This document shows, piece by piece, positions 26,803 to 34,249 of a stretch of 64,000 bases of DNA. Numbering within the stretch: position 1 is the first letter of the stretch; each line of letters starts with the position of its first letter. This DNA is from Acidobacteriota bacterium (lineage in GTDB: Bacteria > Acidobacteriota > UBA6911 > RPQK01 > CBDAPI01). Made by a program: the position numbers and the translations under genes. The notes under the pieces are model-generated. The model was not told the origin of the DNA, searched no databases, and saw nothing but the letters and a program-made list of their open reading frames with translations. The stretch is from NCBI GenBank assembly GCA_965248635.1, contig OZ252114.1, positions 2,847,814 to 2,911,813 on the forward strand, given 5' to 3'.

Positions 26803-26883
26803 CTAAACACATACGTCTCACCTACCCAAAGACACCTCGATCCGCTAGCATTCCGGCTGAGTGACTCTCACCACGGGCTGCTA

Positions 26884-28299
26884 ATGGATGGAATCGGCTG
26901 GCTTTCGATACTTCCCCCGGTCATAGCCATTGCACTGGCCATCAGGACGAAGCAGGTCTACCTGGCGCTGGGGCTGTACATCTGGCTGGGCTGGACCCTC
27001 ATTCACGGCGGAAACCCGGTCACCGGGCTAATCGCCTCAGTGGAAACCTTTCTCCTGGCCGTCAGCCAGCCCTCCAATCTGCGGACTCTGGTTTTCAGTG
27101 CCCTGGTGGGATCGATGATTCTTTTCGTCCAGCGCTCCGGTGGTATGCAGGGATTCATTGGCTGGGTCGAACAAAAGGGTGTGGTGAAGGGGCGTCGCTC
27201 GGTCCGCCTTCTCAGCGTGGCCGTCAGTCTACCGCTTTTTCTGGAGTCCAACTTTGGATTGCTGGTCTCCGGCTCGGTGGCCCGCCCCCTGTATGACAAG
27301 TTCCGGATTTCCCGGGAGAAGTTGAGTTACGTGATCGACGCCACCTGTGCACCGAAGTGCATTCTCATTCCTCTCAACGGGTGGGGAGCTTACGTGATCG
27401 GATTGCTGGTGGCCGAGGGTGTTGAGAGGCCCGTAGCACTGCTGGCAGCGACGATCCCGGCGAATTTCTACGCCATCCTGTCCTTGCTGTTGGTTTTTTC
27501 TGTCGTGTGGTTCGATCTGGACTACGGACCCATGAGGCGTGCAGAGCAAAGAACACGCGAGGAAGGGAAGCTCCTCGCCGACGGAGCCATGCCGCTGGTA
27601 TCCTCAGAAGTGAGCATGGCCGGTCCCAAGGAGGGCATCCCCGAGCGCGCTATCAATATGGTGCTGCCTCTGGTCTGCATGGTCGGGACAGTTTTCTTTG
27701 TTCTCTACGCCACTGGCAGCGGGGACATGATGACAGGGGATGGATCGAAAGCGATTCTCTGGGGCGTAATTGTGGGGTTGCTGGTGGGAGCGATGGCCTA
27801 CCGCATGCAGGGGATCATGACCTTTCCTGAGCTAAGTGACAGCCTTATGGAGGGGATCAAGGGTCTCACTCCGCTGGTCGTGATCCTGGCCCTGGCCTTT
27901 ACCATCGCGTCCACGACCCGGGCGTTGGGAACTGGCGAGTTCGTAGCCGGAGCCGCTCAGGCGGCTCTGCATCCGGGCTTTGTCCCCGCCCTGATTTTCT
28001 GCCTGGGTTGCTTCGTTGCCTTTTCCACGGGGACGTCCTGGGGGACGTTTGCCATCATGATCCCGATTGTGCTGCCCATGGCTCGGATTCTCGACCTCAA
28101 CGTACCCCTTGTTCTGGGTGCTGCAATGGGGGGTGGTATCTTCGGAGACCACTGCTCTCCGATCTCTGACAGTACCATTGTGGCTTCCATGGCATCAGCC
28201 ACGGATCATATCGAGCATGTGAGAACCCAGCTCCCCTATGCTCTGGCGGCGGCTGCGGGAGCGCTGCTTCTATTCCTGATCTTCGGGTTCCTGTCCTGA
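26884..28299 (+). CDS. Na+/H+ antiporter NhaC-family transporter
   Basis: ORF 26719..28299. The likely start is MDGIGWLSILPPVIAIALAIRTKQVYLALG at 26884, typical of NhaC-like N-termini. About 12 TM segments. The upstream 55 codons (RARAKAKAKA) are translated repeat DNA. Confidence 0.75.
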   Translation: MDGIGWLSILPPVIAIALAIRTKQVYLALGLYIWLGWTLIHGGNPVTGLIASVETFLLAVSQPSNLRTLVFSALVGSMILFVQRSGGMQGFIGWVEQKGVVKGRRSVRLLSVAVSLPLFLESNFGLLVSGSVARPLYDKFRISREKLSYVIDATCAPKCILIPLNGWGAYVIGLLVAEGVERPVALLAATIPANFYAILSLLLVFSVVWFDLDYGPMRRAEQRTREEGKLLADGAMPLVSSEVSMAGPKEGIPERAINMVLPLVCMVGTVFFVLYATGSGDMMTGDGSKAILWGVIVGLLVGAMAYRMQGIMTFPELSDSLMEGIKGLTPLVVILALAFTIASTTRALGTGEFVAGAAQAALHPGFVPALIFCLGCFVAFSTGTSWGTFAIMIPIVLPMARILDLNVPLVLGAAMGGGIFGDHCSPISDSTIVASMASATDHIEHVRTQLPYALAAAAGALLLFLIFGFLS

Positions 28300-28302
28300 A
28301 GG

Positions 28303-28322
28303 CTAGTGGCGGGCTGCACTAG
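28303..28322. repeat. CTAG-bounded mini-palindrome (ctagtggcgggctgcactag)
   Basis: The right arm gctgcactag is the reverse complement of the IS630 terminus ctagtgcagc; the left arm is shortened. It sits exactly between the convergent stops of nhaC (28299) and the adhesin gene (28319-28321). Confidence 0.6.
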
Positions 28323-28996
28323 GGAGTTCCCGAGGGTGGGAAGATCAGGGCCACGAGGGCATCGTAGTCCGCCAGAGTGATCAGCCCGTCACCGTCCACA
28401 TCCATGGCGGGATTCCCTTTGAAGGTTCCCCCGTCCGCCTCGAAGACCTCGTCTCCATCCCCGTCATTGATCTCCAGGACCAGCAAAACAATGTCCGCTG
28501 CATTGAAGGCTCCATCGGCGTTCGCATCTCCGGGAGCAGCCCCCACCGCGGCAGCGGTCGAGGAGTTGTTCTCGGGATCCTGATCGCCCTCAGCCGCAGC
28601 CTCCACGGTGTTGAGAAAGGGACCGAGCAGCCCGGCGAGCTGCACTTCGAGGAGCAAACTCATGACCTCTCCGGGATTCAGAGTGGCAATCTCACAGGAA
28701 ATGGATGTTGATGCCTCCATACAGACGATCGGATCTTCAGTGGTGACGTCATTCACCTGCAGGCCGGCCGTCAATTCATCGGTTACTGTGACGTCGGCCA
28801 GTGGGGCATTGCCAACGTTCTCGATCTTCAATCCTGTACCAGAAAGCCCTTCCGGAAGCTGCGACATCGAAACGCGGGGTCTTGACAATCGAAAGGTCCA
28901 GTTCAGTGGGGACAGTGAACATGATTTGGTCGGTACTGTTTCCCAGAACCGGATCCGTCGACAGTGAGTCAATCGACGCCGAGACTGTGTAGTCAC
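28319..28996 (-). pseudogene. C-terminal continuation of the giant surface protein in a third frame (DUF11-type repeat plus dockerin/EF-hand-like repeats)
   Basis: GLKIENVGNAPLADVTVTDEL...CEIATLNPGEVMSLLLEV is followed by DANADGAFNAADIVLLVLEI and DVDGDGLITLADYDALVALIF, which resemble a dockerin-like Ca-binding pair. Confidence 0.7.
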
Positions 28997-29213
28997 CTCC
29001 CTGGGCCGGTATCGCTGTGATCAACACGCCGGCCAATTCCCCGGACTCGAAGCTGGAAAAGGTACAGAGGACCTGGTTCCCGAGTGTATGGCAATTGAAG
29101 CCCAGGTCGCTGTTCACAGAATCGATCTGGAGGAGGCCCGGGAGCACGATGCCGGCAGTGCCTTCGAAGGCATCTTTGGGTCCTAAATTACGGAAGGCTG
29201 CGTGGATGGTCAT
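28776..29213 (-). pseudogene. continuation of the giant surface protein in a second frame (DUF11-type repeat)
   Basis: TIHAAFRNLGPKDAFEGTAGIVLPG...CHTLGNQVLCTFSSFESGELAGVLITAIPAQGGDYTVSASI...TELDLSIVKTP continues the repeat interrupted at ...DLAVELTHSPDVPSSGVS. Confidence 0.7.
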
Positions 29214-32200
29214 GGCTCACCCCTGAGGAGGGGACATCGGGGGAGTGGGTCAACTCTACCGCCAGATCCGCTGTCAACTCCACGCTGGTCAACTCAGTTG
29301 CCGAGTTGTTTCCGGAGTTGGGGTCGTCCTGAGAGCCAGAGATGATGGCGGTGTTGCTCAAGGTGGTTCCAGGCAGGGCGGTGACGCCCACGGACACGGC
29401 AACCTGTTTGGATTGCTCAGCCGCCAGGTCTCCAAAAGTGCAGGACAGAGACCCGTTCAGTGCACAAATGGACGGGTTGGAGGAGAAGAAAATGACGCCT
29501 TCAGGGAGCGTGTCCTCGACGACCACGCCGCTGGCATTCGTCGGGCCCAGGTTGGTCGCTGTAATCGTGTAGGTGAGGACTTCGCCCGTACCCACAGGGT
29601 CGGTAGCCACAGGGTCGGGGGAATCTGTCTTGGAGATGAAAAGATCCGTGAGGGCAGTCACGTCCGTATTCTCGGTCGCACTATTGTTCAGCTCGTTCTG
29701 CTCGTCCAGGTCGGTTGAGACGTCGAACTGACTGAACAGAGCAGTGGTCTGTCCCGGGTCGACCGCAGTGACGATCGAGACACTGGTCGAACTTCCGGCG
29801 GCGATGGTTCCCAGGTCACATGACAGGGAGTTCCCGTTGGGTGTACAAACGATTGTCCCCTGTATAGAGATCCCGACAGGTGGTGGCTGGCTGGTGGATA
29901 CCAGACTCAAGCCCGGATCCAGGGTCACATCCAAAAGCGTATTGGTGGACTCCCTCGTGCCTGCGTTCCCCACGGAGACGTTGTAGGTCAAACTGGTGCC
30001 CGCCGCGACGGGGTCGGGGACGTCAGTGACTTCCACCGTCAGATCGGGGCGGCCCAGGATGGTGGTCGTCTCGTCCGTCGAGTTATTGCCCGGGTTCGAA
30101 TCAGCGGTTTCACTGCTCACGGTGGCGGTGTTGGTGGCGGTTGCCGGCCCCGGCCCCGCCGTTACCTGGATCGTGACCACTCTGCTTTCCCCGGGATCCA
30201 GGTTTCCGAAAAAGCAGCTCAGCTGGGGGTCCTCGAAGAAACAAATCTCCTCGGAATCGTCGGGGTCGGACGAATCGAACAAGATTTCGAGCGGAATCGT
30301 GTCGATCAGCGAAACGTTCCAGGCGACCGACGGCCCGTTGTTCGTGATCGTCACCTCATAGGAATAACCATCCTCTTCCCCGACCGGGTCGTCGGAATCA
30401 GTCTTGGTCACCTCCAGATCGGTCTCGAAACTCACCGTCGTGTCCTCAGTGACCGAATTGTTCAACAGGTCCGGGTCGAAGCGGTCGCTGGAGAGCAGGA
30501 AGGTGTGGGAGAGCGTGCTGGCAGTGCCCTGGTTCCTGATTCTCCAGGCATGAATCTCTCCCAGACGGTTGCCCGGGATGATTCCTCCGGGAAACGGCTC
30601 GTTCGTCAAAGGATCAATCAGCTCCTCTGCAAAATCGGAGAAGTCTCCCGAACGCTCGGGGGCAGTTGGAACATAGGCCCGGACCACAAGCCCGGCGGCC
30701 AGCTCCACCGGATCACAGAACATCTGATTCAGGGCCCCGGGCAGCGGAACCAGGTCAAGAGTCTGCGGCGACATGGCCCCGACGACAAGCCGGTCCCCGT
30801 CGGCGTTGGCTTTGGAAATGTAGAACACCTCGGTAAAGGGTACGTCAGGAAACAAGATCAGGGAGTTGTTCATGCAGCCCGGGGGCGTAAAAAGGGCATC
30901 GACTTCGACGGTCATATCAAACGAGAGGATGCTGGACCCGGCGGGTGCCGGGCCGAGGCCCCCACCTGCCGGCATCGTACCCAGTTCGCAGGTGACCACC
31001 CCCAGGTCCTCGTTGCAGGGCACCACGGTTGCGGACAGGAAAGAGGATTGGTTGAGCTCGAGGCTGAGAGTCGCGTTCTCGGCGGCGGCGGTACCAAGAT
31101 TCTGGGCGGTGATGCTGTAAGTGACACTGTTTCCGGCCAGGACCGGATCAGGACTGTCGGAAACCGTGAGGTCGAGATCGGCTGGTTCCTCCCCAATCCA
31201 CGCTACAATGCCGTCCTGGCCGAAAGCGGACTTAACTTCGAGTTCGAGAGTCTCGTCAAAGCTGCCGGGCGTGGCCAGTCCGGAAGAAGCACTGAGGGCC
31301 GCAATCACCATGCCTCCGGGTGCAAGGGCAACTCCTCCCGTCGCGAACTCGTCGTTGGTTCCGCCCAGGTAAGAGGCAAAGTCGAGTTCCGTTCCCGTAC
31401 TGTCGATCCTGGCAACAAAGAGGTCGGGACTCCCGTCGCCGTCGGTGTTGGAGATGGCCTGGAACGCATCCATGAGCGTCAGGTCGGAGGACAGGCTGTC
31501 TCCCAGAATCCAGGCTTCTCCCAGGCTATTTACAGCAATCCCTCCGCGTGTCGCAGGTGACTCTCCGAGTAAATCAGGTAACTCGTCGAAGCTTCCGCCG
31601 TAGAGCGTGGAGAAGATAAGAGTGCTGGGGAAGCCCTGCGGTGCAATGGAAGGTCCCGGACTGCCTGTTCCCGAGGTGTCAAATCGAGCTATGAAGACTT
31701 CGGAACCACCGTTGTTGGAAGTCTGGTAAGCACCTGGGGTTGTCGGGAATCCCAATCCGGATGCAGACGTCTTCCCCAGAATGAATGCATCGTCACCCAG
31801 GACGTCAATGGCGTGTCCCTCATCGCGGTTCGTAGTACTGCCGAAAAAAGTGGAGTAGACCAGCGCAGCAGCCGCAATCGCCGTGGTATCGAGGCGGGTG
31901 ACGAAGGCGTCGGAAAAGCCGCCCTGAAAAGAAGTCTGGAAAGCATCGACCGTCGTCGGAAACGGGGTGCTCCCTCCGGCAGGCGCGAGCGAACCAGGCT
32001 CAGACAGAGCGTCGACAGAAGTGCCTCCGGTGACGACCACTTGCCCGGGAGCGATCACGGCCAGATCGTAGATGACATCTCCGCCCTGTTCCCCTCCCAG
32101 GTAGGTCGAATAGACCAGCGAAGAAGCCCCGGACAGGCTGGGATCAAAGACCGAGATGAAGGCGTCGTCTCCGTCGAAAAAACCGCTCTTTGAGAACCCC

Positions 32201-33459
32201 GACGGCCCGGTCGTATCGAAAGCTCCCAGGGTAGTGTCGAAGTCGCTCGTATTGGTCACGCCGCCGACATAGATGAGGCCGCTGTCGACGTCGATGCCGT
32301 TGCAGGCGCTCAAGAAAACCTCCGGCGCCGTGGTCCCCCCCAGATAGCTCGAATAGAGCAGGGAGGCCCCGCTGGAAGAGAGCATGGCCACGAAAGCGTC
32401 TTCGTCCCCGTCTCGTAAACCCTGGTAGGCGCTGGCTGTGGGCAGATCGGAGGATCTGGTGGCGTCGCAGAAATAGACCTGCAGGCTTGCGTCCACGGCG
32501 ATCGAGTTTCCCCGGTCGCCAGAGGTGCCGCCGAAGAAGGCGGCCCACTCAATGGCCGTCCCCTGCGCGTTGATCTTGGCCACGTACGCATCACTGCCCC
32601 CACTCGGAGAGCCGAGGGTGGCTGGAAAGTCGGACGACAACGTCTCGCCGGTAACGTAGGCGGCTCCGCTGGAATCGGTGGCGATGCCCCTCGGGTCGTC
32701 CATGAGACTGGACCCACCGAGATAACCCAGGTAGATCACTATCGGGTCGATGACGAGGGGGAGGGCTGGATCAAACGATCCGACCCGGAAAGCAACCTCT
32801 CGAGAATCTGCCAGGACGTAAGACCCGCTGATCGGCAGCCGTTCGCCCTCCTGAGACTCCTGGTAGATGGCTGGAGGCGGCTGGACAATCTGGCCGTTCT
32901 TCAGTTTCAGAACCAGGTGTCCTTGCGGGCTGATCGAAAGGTCGTCTACGCCTTCGAATTGCAGCCGAATCTGTTCCCAGGAAGCGCCCGGAGCAACAAT
33001 GAAGTCGTATTCGAGGTGTCCCGGAGTTCCGTAAAAGACCAGATCGACCCCGGGATACACTTCGGAGTAGAGAATTCGCTCGTAGTGGGGGATGTCCGTG
33101 AGCCATTTCGCTGGATCGTTGCCCAGATAATAGTGGCTCTTTGTGGCCACGGCCTGGAGTGGCCGAACCGAAGGAGCGGCAAGGCCCCCGGCCAGCCGCA
33201 TGCGGAGGACTTTCACAGACGCCTCAGGGCCAGAACCACGGCGAAGCCCGAAGAGGGTCTCGCCTCCGGACAGGTACAGCCCGTAACCGGGTCCCCGTGC
33301 CACATAGTCGAAACGATCGTTAGCCTGGCCGCGGTTCTCTTCAAACGTCAAGGGAAAATCGTAAAGCGTGCTCTGGGCCGGGCTCCGGGAAGCTTCGCTC
33401 GCGAGCAGGGTCGTGAAGAGGAAGCAGGCAACTACCAGCAGCAGAGGTCTTTGTTTCAT
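29188..33459 (-). CDS. giant surface protein, main part: signal peptide, SBBP-type beta-propeller repeats, multiple DUF11-type repeats
   Basis: ORF 29188..33591; the likely start is MKQRPLLLVVACFLFTTLLASEA at 33459. N-terminal LYDFPLTFEENRGQANDRFDYVARGPGYGLYL, then repeated ..YSTYLGG..D.. propeller blades. These are followed by DUF11-like units (DLTVSDSPDPVLAGNSVTYSITAQNLGTAAA, DLEVTKTDSDDPV, DLTVEVTDVPDPVAAGTSLTYNVSVGNAG, DLFISKTDSPDPV, DLAVELTHSPD). Confidence 0.85.
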   Translation of the reverse strand: MKQRPLLLVVACFLFTTLLASEASRSPAQSTLYDFPLTFEENRGQANDRFDYVARGPGYGLYLSGGETLFGLRRGSGPEASVKVLRMRLAGGLAAPSVRPLQAVATKSHYYLGNDPAKWLTDIPHYERILYSEVYPGVDLVFYGTPGHLEYDFIVAPGASWEQIRLQFEGVDDLSISPQGHLVLKLKNGQIVQPPPAIYQESQEGERLPISGSYVLADSREVAFRVGSFDPALPLVIDPIVIYLGYLGGSSLMDDPRGIATDSSGAAYVTGETLSSDFPATLGSPSGGSDAYVAKINAQGTAIEWAAFFGGTSGDRGNSIAVDASLQVYFCDATRSSDLPTASAYQGLRDGDEDAFVAMLSSSGASLLYSSYLGGTTAPEVFLSACNGIDVDSGLIYVGGVTNTSDFDTTLGAFDTTGPSGFSKSGFFDGDDAFISVFDPSLSGASSLVYSTYLGGEQGGDVIYDLAVIAPGQVVVTGGTSVDALSEPGSLAPAGGSTPFPTTVDAFQTSFQGGFSDAFVTRLDTTAIAAAALVYSTFFGSTTNRDEGHAIDVLGDDAFILGKTSASGLGFPTTPGAYQTSNNGGSEVFIARFDTSGTGSPGPSIAPQGFPSTLIFSTLYGGSFDELPDLLGESPATRGGIAVNSLGEAWILGDSLSSDLTLMDAFQAISNTDGDGSPDLFVARIDSTGTELDFASYLGGTNDEFATGGVALAPGGMVIAALSASSGLATPGSFDETLELEVKSAFGQDGIVAWIGEEPADLDLTVSDSPDPVLAGNSVTYSITAQNLGTAAAENATLSLELNQSSFLSATVVPCNEDLGVVTCELGTMPAGGGLGPAPAGSSILSFDMTVEVDALFTPPGCMNNSLILFPDVPFTEVFYISKANADGDRLVVGAMSPQTLDLVPLPGALNQMFCDPVELAAGLVVRAYVPTAPERSGDFSDFAEELIDPLTNEPFPGGIIPGNRLGEIHAWRIRNQGTASTLSHTFLLSSDRFDPDLLNNSVTEDTTVSFETDLEVTKTDSDDPVGEEDGYSYEVTITNNGPSVAWNVSLIDTIPLEILFDSSDPDDSEEICFFEDPQLSCFFGNLDPGESRVVTIQVTAGPGPATATNTATVSSETADSNPGNNSTDETTTILGRPDLTVEVTDVPDPVAAGTSLTYNVSVGNAGTRESTNTLLDVTLDPGLSLVSTSQPPPVGISIQGTIVCTPNGNSLSCDLGTIAAGSSTSVSIVTAVDPGQTTALFSQFDVSTDLDEQNELNNSATENTDVTALTDLFISKTDSPDPVATDPVGTGEVLTYTITATNLGPTNASGVVVEDTLPEGVIFFSSNPSICALNGSLSCTFGDLAAEQSKQVAVSVGVTALPGTTLSNTAIISGSQDDPNSGNNSATELTSVELTADLAVELTHSPDVPSSGVSHDHPRSLP

Positions 33460-33796
33460 AGCCACTTTCACAGCAGATGGAAGAAGGAACCCAAACCCGC
33501 CACTCGCCCCGGGGTCAATGGATTCCCATCCAGAGGGGCCCGCTGCACCGCTCACGACTGGTAATTGTACCAGGACCTCTAGGGTCCACAAGCCTTCCTG
33601 TCCGGGCCATGCTGATTCCGGATTGATCTGACTCCCGGGCGCCGTGCATGATTCTCCTCGAAGGACCCGGGCCAGTGGAGTCCCGCTGCTTCCGGGGAAA
33701 CAGTCACCCTTGCCCTGCGTATTGTCTAAAGTACTTGGTCATTGCTGTGTTTCGCAGTAGATTGATAGCCCAGGGAGGGGGAAGGAGTTGACAACA

Positions 33797-34249
33797 GTGA
33801 GTCAGTCCCAACGCGTGCTTCGAGCGATCGTTACTGTGTTTCTGGTGGTTTTTTCGGTCCAGGGCGCCGGCGCAGAGTCAAAACTCTACTTCCCCCGGAT
33901 TTCCACTTCGGGTATCAATGGTCTGACCATTTTCAATCCCGGCGCGGGTCCCGCCCCCTCCACCGCAGCCGATGACGAGATCACCTTGAGTCTCTACGAC
34001 ACGAATGGTGATCTGGTTTCTGGAAAGGGGATCACGAACCCGGCAGTTCTAGAAGTCCCTGCGGGACAGAACACGGCGGTCACAGCCGCCGAAGTATTTG
34101 GCCCGGTGGATCCTTCCATCGTGGGCTGGGTCGAGGCCACCAGCAAGCGCCGATGGATTAACGGGCTTCTTCCTTTTCCTTATCCTCGAGCAGAGCCAGC
34201 TGGATGGCGCCGACCAGCCCCTGATCAGCCGCAAGATCGCCTTCAATGA
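33797..34249 (+). CDS. large secreted protein, N-terminal part (signal peptide plus first beta-sandwich-like module); broken by a frameshift near 34140
   Basis: ORF 33788..34249. GTG 33797 is better spaced from GGAAGGAG. Signal VSQSQRVLRAIVTVFLVVFSVQGAGA. The module KLYFPRISTSGINGLTIFNPG...IVGWVEATS then turns to nonsense (KRRWINGLLPFPYP...). Confidence 0.7.
   Translation: MSQSQRVLRAIVTVFLVVFSVQGAGAESKLYFPRISTSGINGLTIFNPGAGPAPSTAADDEITLSLYDTNGDLVSGKGITNPAVLEVPAGQNTAVTAAEVFGPVDPSIVGWVEATSKRRWINGLLPFPYPRAEPAGWRRPAPDQPQDRLQ

Noticed and set aside
26719-26883. N-terminal extension of the nhaC ORF (MPLPLPCV...RARAKAKAKA...)
   Set aside because: It is a translation of the GGCAAA repeat and spacer DNA. 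The family-typical N-terminus begins at ATG 26884.
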